Shown: positions 50,070-58,996 of the stretch, one piece after another
Position numbering within the stretch: the stretch's first letter is position 1
Layout of the letters: the number at the start of each line of letters is the position of its first letter
Source of the DNA: Acidimicrobiia bacterium
Lineage (GTDB): Bacteria; Actinomycetota; Acidimicrobiia; Spongiisociales; ZC4RG35
Assembly (NCBI GenBank): GCA_035462175.1
Contig: DATHUP010000065.1
Coordinates: 64,771-128,770 of the forward strand
Length of the DNA stretch: 64,000 nucleotides
Direction of reading: 5' to 3'
Translations under genes and position numbers: made by a program
Notes under the pieces: generated by a model
Database searches by the model: none
What the model was told of the DNA's origin: nothing
What the model saw: the letters and a program-made list of their open reading frames with translations, nothing else

Positions 50070-51010
50070 AGCGGGCCTTCCTCCGCCCAGGTGACCGTCT
50101 CCGGATCCGCAATCTCGATCCCCTTGTAGACCGGGGCGCGGAGATGGGAGTCGTGGGTCCACTCCTTGTACTCGACCTCTACGACGATCCCCGGCTCGAC
50201 CCAGACCGGCTTGACCGGCTTGGGCAGGATCACCTGGTTGCGAAACGGGGTGGTGGGGCGCTCGATCTGGCGCAGATAGCCGATGAAGGCGGCGAGGGTG
50301 GCGTCGTCGAACCCCGACCCGACTGCCCCGATCCAACGCAGACCCGACTCGTCATATAGGCCAACCAGGATCGAGCCGAAGGTCGAGGCTCTGCCTCCCT
50401 CACCGGGTAGATAGCCGCCCACGACTGCGCGCAACCGGTGGGTCACAGCCACCTTTCGCCAGTCGGGTGACCGTCTCCCGGGGAGGTAAGGGGATCCGAG
50501 CCTCTTCCCCACGATCCCCTCCAGTCCCTGGGCCTGAGCCAGTTCGAACAGGGTGGACCCATGCTCTGGCGTGGGCTCGGGGACGACGACGGGAGAAGGC
50601 AGGCCCAATGCCATCAGTCGCTCCACCCGCTCCTCATAGGGACGGGCGACGATGCTCTCGCCCTGGTAGAGCAGGTCGAATGCGACGAAGTTGACTCCCA
50701 CGTCGGCGCCGGTGCCCCTCCCTGCGAAGCCGGTTCGTCTCTGCAGATTGGAGAACGAGGGCCTTCCCCGATCATCGAAGGCCACCACCTCCCCGTCGAT
50801 GGCCACGCCGTCGGGCAGGGGAAGCCCTGACAACTCGGGAAAAGGGCCGGTCAGGTCGAGGCCCCGTCGAGAGCGGGCCTTGATCTGCCCTCCGTTCGAG
50901 GCGACAACCGCTCGATACCCGTCCCACTTGACCTCGAACCACCAGTTGGGGTCGTCGAACGCCGCCGCCCAGCGGGTCGCCAGCATCGGCTCGAAGTTGG
51001 GGACGCTCAA
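50066..51010 (-). CDS. ligD: ATP-dependent DNA ligase (LigD ligase-only domain)
   Basis: FEPMLAT...WWFEVKWDGYRAV (KxDG adenylation motif)...GLEGIVGKR. No polymerase or phosphoesterase domain. TTG start. Confidence 0.88.
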   Translation of the reverse strand: MSVPNFEPMLATRWAAAFDDPNWWFEVKWDGYRAVVASNGGQIKARSRRGLDLTGPFPELSGLPLPDGVAIDGEVVAFDDRGRPSFSNLQRRTGFAGRGTGADVGVNFVAFDLLYQGESIVARPYEERVERLMALGLPSPVVVPEPTPEHGSTLFELAQAQGLEGIVGKRLGSPYLPGRRSPDWRKVAVTHRLRAVVGGYLPGEGGRASTFGSILVGLYDESGLRWIGAVGSGFDDATLAAFIGYLRQIERPTTPFRNQVILPKPVKPVWVEPGIVVEVEYKEWTHDSHLRAPVYKGIEIADPETVTWAEEGPL

Positions 51011-51471
51011 CCCGCCGTGAGCTCTTCGCGAGCGAGACGGTTGACCAGGCCACCGTCGAGGTCCTCACCGCGGCTTTTCATCAGATGCCCGACGACCCGC
51101 CCGGCCGCCTTCTCCTCTCCTGCCACCCCCAGCTCGGCGATCGCCTCACGGATCAGGGCGCGTGTGGCCTCCTCGTCCAGCTTCTGCGGGAGCCAGCGGG
51201 ACAGGTACTCCACCTCGTAGCCCAACTTGTCGGCCATGGCCGCCCCCCGGTCCCCGATGTCGAGATACTCCTGCCGCGACTTCTCCATCTTCTTGACATA
51301 TGTCCCGATCACCTGTCGATACAGCTCGTCATCGAGCTCACCCTCGAAGCCGGGCCGGCTCCGGGCGATGGCTACCTCGGTTTCGACCTGACGGATCACG
51401 TCGCGTCTCCGAGCGTCCTTCGCCTTCATCGCGTCTCTCAGCTCGTCAGCGAGCTCTTCTCTGATGCTCAT
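51007..51471 (-). CDS. GatB/YqeY-domain protein
   Basis: LRDAMKAKDARRRDVIRQVETEV...EVEYLSRWLPQKLDEEA...GRVVGHLMK. Confidence 0.85.
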   Translation of the reverse strand: MSIREELADELRDAMKAKDARRRDVIRQVETEVAIARSRPGFEGELDDELYRQVIGTYVKKMEKSRQEYLDIGDRGAAMADKLGYEVEYLSRWLPQKLDEEATRALIREAIAELGVAGEEKAAGRVVGHLMKSRGEDLDGGLVNRLAREELTAG

Positions 51472-52172
51472 CGATGTCTCTCCAGGGCCGAGCGGACCGC
51501 GGCCGGGTCGTCGGTAATGATGCCCGACACCCCGAGGTCGGCCAACTCACCGGCCAGCAACGGGTCGTCGACCACCCAGGGATAGACCTGGAGACCGGAA
51601 TCGACTGCTCGGGCCAGATCGGGGCGGGGCAGCTGGATCGAGGGAACCAGAGCCGTGTGCCCAACCTGCCGACATTCCTCGATGGCCTGGTCGATGTCGC
51701 CGTTGGCGGCGACGAGGACACCGGTTGCCACCTCGGGGAAGACGCGACGCACCGTCGCCAGGCTGAGCCAATTGAACGAGGTGACGATATCTCCCGGTCT
51801 CGATCGCTCCGCCGTCTCCAACGCGATCCGATGATCGGGCTCGAAACCCGGTTGATGTGGGAGATTCTTCACCTCGAATTGGAAGGAGATCCCGGGAATG
51901 GCTGCGACGGCCTCGTCGAGCAGGGCAGGGTGATTCCTCTCTCCGACGTCGAGCTCGACCAGGACCGACCAGTCGTGGTCGGCAACAACGAGATCGCAGA
52001 TCTCGGCTTCGTGGGAGAGGACGAGTTTCCCGTCGGCGCTGCGTCTTATGTCGGTCTCCACCGAGTCGGCCACCGTCGCGGCAGCGAGGAACCCGGCCAC
52101 GGTGTTGTCGGGGAATCGGGTCGGCCAGCCCCGGTGGCCGACCACCATCGGCGCCCCCTCGAGCCCGGTCAT
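51468..52172 (-). CDS. glycerophosphodiester phosphodiesterase family protein
   Basis: VVGHRGWP...PDNTVAGF...VETDIRRSADGKLVLSHE...SGIITDDP. Confidence 0.85.
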   Translation of the reverse strand: MTGLEGAPMVVGHRGWPTRFPDNTVAGFLAAATVADSVETDIRRSADGKLVLSHEAEICDLVVADHDWSVLVELDVGERNHPALLDEAVAAIPGISFQFEVKNLPHQPGFEPDHRIALETAERSRPGDIVTSFNWLSLATVRRVFPEVATGVLVAANGDIDQAIEECRQVGHTALVPSIQLPRPDLARAVDSGLQVYPWVVDDPLLAGELADLGVSGIITDDPAAVRSALERHR

Positions 52173-52263
52173 CGGGGAAGAAATCCGTTTACACAGCGTG
52201 GCTGGGACATTATCGTTCGCTTCGGAAAATCCATCGTTCCCAGTGTTTCACATCGTGAACGCT

Positions 52264-52279
52264 TGTGAAAAACATCACA
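52264..52279. promoter_or_regulatory. perfect CRP-type site TGTGA-AAAACA-TCACA upstream of whiB
   Basis: Read directly. It ends 5 nt before the AAGGAAG Shine-Dalgarno of whiB. A second inverted repeat, TTCAC-ATC-GTGAA, lies at 52247-52259. Confidence 0.55.
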
Positions 52280-52294
52280 AAGTAAGGAAGCGTT

Positions 52295-52567
52295 TTGCTC
52301 ACCACCATCACCACAGATTGGCGGGAACTGGCAGCTTGCCGGGACTCCGAGCCGACTCTGTTCTTCCCGGTAGGCACCACCGGCCCCGCCATAGACCAGA
52401 TCGACGCTGCCATCGCCATCTGCGCCATCTGCCCGGTCCAGGAGGATTGTCTTCAGTACGCCTTAGAGACCAATCAGGAGTCCGGGGTTTGGGGCGGCTA
52501 CGCCGAGGATGACCGTCGCCGTCTTCGCAAGCGCTGGCTGGCCGAGCGCCGACGCCGCGCTGTCTGA
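52295..52567 (+). CDS. whiB: WhiB-family Fe-S transcription factor (WhiB1-like)
   Basis: DWRELAACRDSEPTLFFPVG...CAICPVQEDC...SGVWGG...RRRLRKR has four Cys, the GVWGG turn and a basic tail. TTG start with AAGGAAG 4 nt upstream. Confidence 0.9.
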   Translation: MLTTITTDWRELAACRDSEPTLFFPVGTTGPAIDQIDAAIAICAICPVQEDCLQYALETNQESGVWGGYAEDDRRRLRKRWLAERRRRAV

Positions 52568-52569
52568 TC

Positions 52570-52797
52570 TCATACGCCGGGGGCGAAGCCGACTGCCGGG
52601 CCCCCGCCCTCGGTGTCGATCTCGACGAAGGCCAGTCCGCGGCTGGGGATTCCCACGGTCCGGCTCTTGATGTCGGTGAACCAGACGACACCACCGTCGG
52701 CCACACCTTGCTCCACCTCGGCCCGAAAGGCCGCGACGTCGTCGATGTCGATCTCGACGACCTTGCTGGTGTCGACGATTCCGATCCGGGCTCTCAT
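52570..52797 (-). CDS. DUF3107-family protein
   Basis: 75 aa. MRARIGIVDTSKVVEIDIDD...VVWFTDIKSRTVGIPSRGLAFVEI matches the actinobacterial DUF3107 pattern. Confidence 0.75.
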   Translation of the reverse strand: MRARIGIVDTSKVVEIDIDDVAAFRAEVEQGVADGGVVWFTDIKSRTVGIPSRGLAFVEIDTEGGGPAVGFAPGV

Positions 52798-52868
52798 TCC
52801 GTCTCCTGGTCAGGTCCGGGCACTGTAACCCCCTTCCCTCTGCACTCCGGTTGCCGTATGAACACGAC

Positions 52869-53207
52869 ATGGGATGGGGTAGACGTCTCGGTCTTGCCAC
52901 CGCCGTCGTGATGGTCGGCTCTGTCGCTGCCGCCGCCCCGGCCGGACCCAACGGGTTCGTGCCAGTGGCCGCCGGAGAGGCAGAGACCCCGGGCACGGTC
53001 GTCGTCGAGCCCGGGGACCATCTTTGGAAGATAAGCGAGGCCGAGCTGGCCCGACGTCTGGGTCGGTCCGCAGGCGCTGACGAAGTCGCCCCCTATTGGC
53101 TCTCGGTCATCGACGCCAACCGCGATGCTCTCCACTCCGGTGACCCCGATCTCATCTACCCGGGTGAGTTGATCACGCTGCCTGCCCCGACCGCGGGCGG
53201 CGGTTAA
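52869..53207 (+). CDS. secreted LysM-domain protein
   Basis: Signal peptide MGWGRRLGLATAVVMVGSVAAAAPA. LysM-like VVVEPGDHLWKISE...IYPGELITLP. Confidence 0.7.
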   Translation: MGWGRRLGLATAVVMVGSVAAAAPAGPNGFVPVAAGEAETPGTVVVEPGDHLWKISEAELARRLGRSAGADEVAPYWLSVIDANRDALHSGDPDLIYPGELITLPAPTAGGG

Positions 53208-54532
53208 CGATCGGCGACGAACCTGGCGACGATCCCCTCGTGGGTGGCCAGGTAGAGCTCTCCTGTCCCGTCCACTCCGAAGGTGTTGATCTGCCCGAGC
53301 TGGCCCAGATCGGCCGACCAATCTCGCTCCTCGGTGACCTGGCCGCCGACGTACTTGAACGACCGGATCCACTGCGAGCACCAGTCGCTGTAGAAGTAGG
53401 TGCCGGCGAGCTCGGGGATCTCGGCTCCCCGGTAGACGTACCCGCCGGTGACCGAACAGCCCTCCTCGTGGGAGTAAGTGATCACCGGGGCGGTGTAGTT
53501 GGCCAGATCGCAGTCCTGGACGTGGAAGCAGCGAGTTCCCTCCACGTCGGACCAGCCGAGGTTGAACCCGCCCTCGTCGATCGGCAGGACGTTGATCTCT
53601 TCCTGGTCGGCGTGACCCACGTCGGCGATGTAGATCAGACCGTCGCCCGAGTCGATGGAGAAACGCCACGGGTTCCTCAAGCCGTACGCCCATACCTCTC
53701 CGGCGCCGCCGCCGCCGACGAACGGGTTTTCGGGCGGGATCCCATAGGGGTCCCCTCCGTCGACGTCAATCCGGGAGATGGCGCCGAACATTGTGTTGGG
53801 ATCCTGGCCCTGATCGCGGGAGTCGGCTCCGTCGCCCATGGCCATCCACAGATAGCCGTCTGGGCCGAAGGCGAGCTGGCCGGCGTAATGCCGGATGTCG
53901 GTAGCGTCGGGCGGCTGCTCCAACTCGACCAGGACCCTCTCGGTGTCGGGTGAGGCCAGATTCGGGTCCGACACCGACACCTGGAACTCGGAGAGCTGGC
54001 GTCGGCCGCCCTGATCGGTGTAATAGACGAAGAACCGACCGTTGTTGGCGTAGTCGGGATGGAAGGCCAGCCCGAGCAGCCCCTGCTCGATCCCGTTGGC
54101 CAGAACCCGGTCGGTCAGATCGATGAAGGCCGGGCCGAGCAGCTCGCGGTTGGCGTCGAGGACGCGGATCACCCCCACCCTCTCCACCACGAAGAGACGG
54201 TCGTCGCCTGGCGGGGAGGCGAGCACGGTGGGCTGCCTCAGGTCCTGGGCCAGGGTCTCCAGCCTGACCCCCTGCAAGGCCGGCAAGTCGCCGGCGGTGC
54301 TCGAGGTGGCCCCAGGGAGGGTCGTGACCGAGCCGGGAGCGGTTGTGGCCGTGTCCGAAGGGGTGGTGGTGGAGCCCGATCCCACCGGTGGGACCGTTCC
54401 GTCGGGGCCGGCCCCTTCCCCCGAGCCGCGCAGAAAGAAGAAGGCGATGATGAAGATGGCGAGCAAGGCGATGATCAGGGCGCGCAGCCTGGCCTGAGCC
54501 GGGGAGGCGGGTTGTCGATGACGGGCGCTCAC
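53204..54532 (-). CDS. PQQ-dependent sugar (glucose/sorbosone) dehydrogenase, membrane anchored
   Basis: N-terminal TM helix, then GLLGLAFHPDYANNGRFFVYYT...HYAGQLAFGPDGYLW...GLRNPWRFS. GTG start. Confidence 0.85.
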   Translation of the reverse strand: MSARHRQPASPAQARLRALIIALLAIFIIAFFFLRGSGEGAGPDGTVPPVGSGSTTTPSDTATTAPGSVTTLPGATSSTAGDLPALQGVRLETLAQDLRQPTVLASPPGDDRLFVVERVGVIRVLDANRELLGPAFIDLTDRVLANGIEQGLLGLAFHPDYANNGRFFVYYTDQGGRRQLSEFQVSVSDPNLASPDTERVLVELEQPPDATDIRHYAGQLAFGPDGYLWMAMGDGADSRDQGQDPNTMFGAISRIDVDGGDPYGIPPENPFVGGGGAGEVWAYGLRNPWRFSIDSGDGLIYIADVGHADQEEINVLPIDEGGFNLGWSDVEGTRCFHVQDCDLANYTAPVITYSHEEGCSVTGGYVYRGAEIPELAGTYFYSDWCSQWIRSFKYVGGQVTEERDWSADLGQLGQINTFGVDGTGELYLATHEGIVARFVADR

Positions 54533-54574
54533 GGGGCGCGGAGTGTAGGAAACACCGGTCCGGTCGTCGCCTTG

Positions 54575-55546
54575 CTACGCGTTCTCGCCCAGGAAGATCT
54601 CCGACACCGAGGAATCCATGAAGATCGCCTGCAGGGTCTCGGCCAGGATCGGGGCGATGGAGAGGACCTGGATTTTGTCCAACTCCAGGACCTCCGGGGT
54701 CAGAGGCAGCGTGTTGGTCACTATCACCTCTTCGACCGGCGCGTTCTTGAGCAGGTCGAGGGCAGGCTCGGAAAAGACGCCGTGGGTGGCGGCAATGCGA
54801 ACGCTGGCCGCACCCTGGTGCCGCACCATCTCGGCCGCGTTGGTGACGGTGCCGGCGGTGTCGATGATGTCGTCGACGATGACCACATGCCGGCCGGAGA
54901 CCGATCCGGCCATTTCCAGAGCTTCTGACACGTTGTGCTGCAAAGGATCACGCCGCTTGTAGACGAAGGCAACCGAGGCGTCGAGGAACCGGGCATAGCG
55001 CTCCGCCCGCTTCACCCCGCCCGCGTCCGGTGAGAGAACCGTGGTCGGTCCGTCGAGCCGCTCCGACAGATACTCGGTGATGATGGGCAGTGCGGTCAGC
55101 GAGTCGAACGGCTTGTGGATGAATCCCTGGAGCTGGCCGGTGTGAAGATCGACCGACACCAGACGGTCTGCGCCGGCGGTCATGAACAGGTCTCCGACCA
55201 GTCTTGCGGTGATCGGCTCCCTGGGCCGCACCTTCTTGTCCTGTCTCGAGTACCCGAAGAACGGCATCACCGCGGTGATGCGGCGGGCCGAGGCGCGGTT
55301 CAGTGCGTCGATCGTGATCAACTGCTCCATGATGCGATCGTTGATCGGGTCGCAGTGGCTCTGGATCACGTAGCAGTCGGCGCCGCGGACACTCTCGGCA
55401 GGCCGAACATAGATCTCCCCGTTGGCGAACCGGGAGCGCTCCAGCTCACCCAAGGCGACCCCCAACGTCTCCGCCACCTCCTCGGCCAGCGGGAGATTGG
55501 CTCCCCCGGTGAAGAGCATCATTCGGTTGCGGGAGACAATGTCCAA
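54575..55546 (-). CDS. prs: ribose-phosphate diphosphokinase
   Basis: LFTGGANLPLAEEVA...FANGEIYVR...YSRQDKK...VSVDLH...VIVDDIIDTAGT. TTG 55546 (GAGGA 5 nt upstream) preferred; ATG 55522 is an alternative. Confidence 0.9.
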   Translation of the reverse strand: MDIVSRNRMMLFTGGANLPLAEEVAETLGVALGELERSRFANGEIYVRPAESVRGADCYVIQSHCDPINDRIMEQLITIDALNRASARRITAVMPFFGYSRQDKKVRPREPITARLVGDLFMTAGADRLVSVDLHTGQLQGFIHKPFDSLTALPIITEYLSERLDGPTTVLSPDAGGVKRAERYARFLDASVAFVYKRRDPLQHNVSEALEMAGSVSGRHVVIVDDIIDTAGTVTNAAEMVRHQGAASVRIAATHGVFSEPALDLLKNAPVEEVIVTNTLPLTPEVLELDKIQVLSIAPILAETLQAIFMDSSVSEIFLGENA

Positions 55547-55547
55547 C

Positions 55548-56936
55548 TCAGTCCTCGGGTTTCTTGGCAGCGTGTCTCTCGGCGCGCTTCTGAGAGTAGC
55601 CGGGGATCTCTCGCTGCTCGTTGCGCTCCACTGCGAGACTGCCCTCGGCCACATCGTTGGTGATGACCGAGCCGGCGCCGGTCACGGAGCGGTCGCCCAG
55701 CGTCACCGGCGCGACCAACATGGTGTCGGAGCCGACGAAGACGTCCTCGCCGATCACGGTCCTGTGCTTCTCGTAGCCGTCGTAGTTGCAGGTAATCGAC
55801 CCTGCGCCGATGTTTGACCGGGCCCCCACTGTGGCGTCGCCGAGATAGGTGAGATGCGGCGCCTTGGCCTTCTCTCCGAGCGTGGTGTTCTTGGTCTCGA
55901 CGAAGGTCCCCACCTTGGCCCCAGTTTCCAAGACCGTTCCCGGTCGCAAGGAGGCGTAGGGGCCGACCTCACAGTCGGCGCCGACCGTTGCCCCGCGCAG
56001 CACCGAGTACCACACCGTCGCGCCCGAACCGATGACGGAATCCACGGCGAACACGTCCGGCCCGACCCGCGCCCCGGCGGCCACGGTGGTCGACCCCTCC
56101 AGATGGACCCCGGGGTAGATGCGCGCCCCGGGCTCGACCGTCACCGTGTCGTCGATGTAGGTCCGATCCGGGTCGAGCATCCAGACTCCCGACTCCATGA
56201 GTGCTCGATTGGTGCGAGCCTGCAACAGCCTGCTTGCTTCCGATAACTGGTCCTGGGAGTTGATGCCGACCACCTCCTCGGGTGTCGCCTCGACCGGTTC
56301 CAAACTCTCTCCTCGATCGGCGAGGATCCCGACCACATCGGTCAGGTAGTACTCGCCCTGCGCATTCTGGTTGGAGATGGCGCTGAGCGCATCGAACAGG
56401 TCTTTGCCCCGGAAGGCGTAGGCCCCGGCGTTGACCTCCCTGATCGACCTTTGAGAGTCGTCGCAATCACGCTCCTCGACCACTGCGACGACCAGGCCCA
56501 GGTCATCCCTGATCACCCTCCCGTAGCCGGACGGGTCGTCGAACACCGAGGTGACCATCCGCGCCGCCACTTCGTCGGGACGCCCGGCGAGACTACGGAG
56601 CAGGTCGGCGCCGAGGAGGGGCATGTCCCCATAGAGCACCATGATCGTGTCGTCGGAGGCGACGTCCTGTAAGGCGGCGAGCCCGATCTGAGTCGCATGA
56701 CCGGTGCCCAGTTGCTCGTCTTGCACCGCAGCGATCACCCCGTCGGGGAGATGGGGGTTGACCTGCTCGGCTCCATGACCCACCACCACCACCGTGCTCA
56801 CCGGCTGAAGTGGCTGCACCGCTTCCAGGACCCACCCGATCAAGGGCCGGCCCGCCGCCACGTGGGCCACCTTGGGCAGCTCGGACATCATCCGCTTGCC
56901 CTGCCCTGCGGCGAGGACGACTACGTGAAGCGGCAA
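55548..56936 (-). CDS. glmU: bifunctional GlcNAc-1-P uridylyltransferase / GlcN-1-P acetyltransferase
   Basis: VVVLAAGQGKRM...YGDMPLL, plus C-terminal left-handed beta-helix hexapeptide repeats. TTG start preceded by AGGAGAGG. Confidence 0.95.
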   Translation of the reverse strand: MPLHVVVLAAGQGKRMMSELPKVAHVAAGRPLIGWVLEAVQPLQPVSTVVVVGHGAEQVNPHLPDGVIAAVQDEQLGTGHATQIGLAALQDVASDDTIMVLYGDMPLLGADLLRSLAGRPDEVAARMVTSVFDDPSGYGRVIRDDLGLVVAVVEERDCDDSQRSIREVNAGAYAFRGKDLFDALSAISNQNAQGEYYLTDVVGILADRGESLEPVEATPEEVVGINSQDQLSEASRLLQARTNRALMESGVWMLDPDRTYIDDTVTVEPGARIYPGVHLEGSTTVAAGARVGPDVFAVDSVIGSGATVWYSVLRGATVGADCEVGPYASLRPGTVLETGAKVGTFVETKNTTLGEKAKAPHLTYLGDATVGARSNIGAGSITCNYDGYEKHRTVIGEDVFVGSDTMLVAPVTLGDRSVTGAGSVITNDVAEGSLAVERNEQREIPGYSQKRAERHAAKKPED

Positions 56937-56960
56937 GGATCACCTCTCCTTCGAGTGTTG

Positions 56961-57032
56961 CTGGGGGGGCAGGACTCGAACCCGCTCTTACAGGACCAAA
57001 ACCTGCCGTGCTACCGGTTACACCACCCCCCA
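56961..57032 (-). tRNA. tRNA-Gln (anticodon UUG)
   Basis: Manual cloverleaf on the minus strand. Acceptor TGGGGGG/CCCCCCA (U1-A72 as in tRNA-Gln), D arm GTGT-AACCGGTA-GCAC, anticodon arm GCAGG-TTTTGGT-CCTGT, T arm GCGGG-TTCGAGT-CCTGC, discriminator G. Confidence 0.88.
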
Positions 57033-57194
57033 AAAGGTGGAATGTCAGATTAACGGCAAGCTGAACTCGCACCCGCTCAGACAGGACCCAGCACCTGATC
57101 GTGCCACCGGCTACACCACCCCCCAAAGGTGGAATGTCAGATCAACGGCAAGCTGAACTCGAACCCAATCTGACAGGAAGTCTCTGCCCCCCCG
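57033..57194 (-). pseudogene. two tandem decayed tRNA-Gln-like units upstream of the functional tRNA-Gln
   Basis: Unit B (57125 down to 57033) is TGGGGGGTGGTGTAGCCGGTGGCACG..., with a 5' half nearly identical to the tRNA. It has an 8-nt anticodon loop, a broken T arm and no 3' acceptor strand. Unit A (57194 down to 57126) keeps only a 3'-half-like part. Both end in the shared spacer GAGTTCAGCTTGCCGTT(G/A)ATCTGACATTCCACC. Confidence 0.55.
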
Positions 57195-57219
57195 TTTTCG
57201 AATATGGTCGCCCTCCGAC

Positions 57220-58968
57220 ATGGACGAGCATTCGTGGACCGATCACGCCGACGGCATGGCGATCGATTGGCAGGTGCCGGTGCCGATGCCCGACGGCCTT
57301 GTGCTCCGGGCGGACGTCTACCGCCCGCAGGAGGAGGGCCGGTACCCGGTGATACTCAGTCACGGGGTCTATGCCAAGGGGCTTCCCTTCCAGGGGAGCG
57401 TCTATCAGATGCAGTGGGACAAGCTGGTGGAAAAGGACCCCACGGTCCTGGAGGGCTCGACCAACAAGTATCAGTCCTGGGAGGTCGTCGATCCCGAGCG
57501 CTGGGTGCCGCACGGTTATGTCGTGGTCAGGGTCGACTCCCGCGGGGCGGGCTGGTCGCCGGGCACCCTGGACCCGCGCTCACCGCAGGAATACGAGGAC
57601 GTCTGCTCCAGCGTCGAATGGGCCGGCACCCAAGGCTGGAGCAGTGGCAAGGTCGGCATCGCCGGCATCTCGTATTACGCGGTCATGGGATGGGCTGCCG
57701 CATCACGCCAGCCTGCCCACCTCTCAGCCGTCATCGCCTGGGAAGGCTTCAACGATCCCTATCGGGATGCCTTCTTCCACGGTGGGATCCTCAGCGAGTT
57801 CACCAAGCGCTGGCTCCCCAACCAGATCCTCCCCATTCAATACGGACAGGGGGGGCGGGCGCCGGTCAACCCCAACACGGGACAGTCGGTCGCCGGCCCC
57901 GTGACACTCTCGGAGGAGATATTGGCCGCGAACCGGGGTGACTACTGGGCGACGATCAAGGAGCACCCGCTCTACGACGATTGGCACCGGGAGCGAACCA
58001 TCGACCTCACCCGCGTCGAGGTCCCCGTGCTCAGCGCGGCCAATTGGGGCGGGCAGGGGATCCATCCTAGGGGCAACTTCAACGGGTTCGTCACCGCGCC
58101 CTCCGGCGACAAGTGGCTGGAGGCCCACGGCGACACCCACTGGACCCACTTCTACTCCGCTTACGGACGCGACCTGCAGCGTAGGTTCTTCGACCACTTC
58201 CTGAAGGGACTCGACAACGGGTTCGATGAGACTCCCCGAGTCCAGCTCAATATCCGCCGACCGGGTGAGATCTTCGAGTGGAGAGGGGAGAGCGAGTGGC
58301 CGCTCGCCCGAACCGAGTGGACCGAGTACCACCTGCAACCGGGTCTCGGTCTTTCGCCGCAGCCACCCGTCTCGGATATCAGTCTCGAATTCGAGGCGCT
58401 CGGCGAGGGGCTGCGCTTCTCCACCCCCCCGTTCACCGAAGAGACCGAGATCACCGGGCCCATGGCAGCCCAGATCTGGGTTTCCTCCACCACGGCCGAT
58501 GCCGATCTGTTCCTGATCCTCCAGCTGTTCGACCCGGACGGCCGGGAGGTCACCTTCGAAGGGTCGACCGACCCCAACACTCCCATCGCCAACGGGTGGC
58601 TACGAGCTTCGCATCGCGCTCTCGACCTGGAGCGAAGCACCCCCTGGCAGCCGTATCACCCTCATGACCGGCTGGAGCCGCTGGTGCCTGGCGAGGTGTA
58701 CCAGCTGGACGTCGAGATCGTCCCATCCTGCATCATCGTGCCCCCTGGCTTCACCCTGGCCTTGTGGATACGAGGCAAGGACTACGAGTTCACCGGACGT
58801 CTCGACGACTACGGGCAGAGCTTTGTCTACGCCACCAGGGGCACGGGCGGGATGACCCACGACGACGCGGATGACCGTCCCCCGGAGGTCTTCGATGGGA
58901 AGACCACGATCCACCTCGGACCGGATCGGCCGTCCCGTCTCCTACTGCCCGTGATTCCGGGAGACTGA
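57220..58968 (+). CDS. CocE/NonD-family hydrolase (S15 X-Pro dipeptidyl-peptidase fold)
   Basis: VPMPDGLVLRADVYRP...YPVILSHGVY...VRVDSRGAGWSPG...KVGIAGISYYAV with the GxSYx nucleophile. Confidence 0.85.
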   Translation: MDEHSWTDHADGMAIDWQVPVPMPDGLVLRADVYRPQEEGRYPVILSHGVYAKGLPFQGSVYQMQWDKLVEKDPTVLEGSTNKYQSWEVVDPERWVPHGYVVVRVDSRGAGWSPGTLDPRSPQEYEDVCSSVEWAGTQGWSSGKVGIAGISYYAVMGWAAASRQPAHLSAVIAWEGFNDPYRDAFFHGGILSEFTKRWLPNQILPIQYGQGGRAPVNPNTGQSVAGPVTLSEEILAANRGDYWATIKEHPLYDDWHRERTIDLTRVEVPVLSAANWGGQGIHPRGNFNGFVTAPSGDKWLEAHGDTHWTHFYSAYGRDLQRRFFDHFLKGLDNGFDETPRVQLNIRRPGEIFEWRGESEWPLARTEWTEYHLQPGLGLSPQPPVSDISLEFEALGEGLRFSTPPFTEETEITGPMAAQIWVSSTTADADLFLILQLFDPDGREVTFEGSTDPNTPIANGWLRASHRALDLERSTPWQPYHPHDRLEPLVPGEVYQLDVEIVPSCIIVPPGFTLALWIRGKDYEFTGRLDDYGQSFVYATRGTGGMTHDDADDRPPEVFDGKTTIHLGPDRPSRLLLPVIPGD

Positions 58969-58996
58969 GGACGGTCGGGGCCGGCCGGCTCGGCGA

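Noticed and set aside
57023-57194. CRISPR-like array (direct repeats with spacers) next to tRNA-Gln
   Set aside because: There are only two to three units. The 'spacers' are themselves conserved between units, the units are tRNA-derived, and there are no cas genes in the window.
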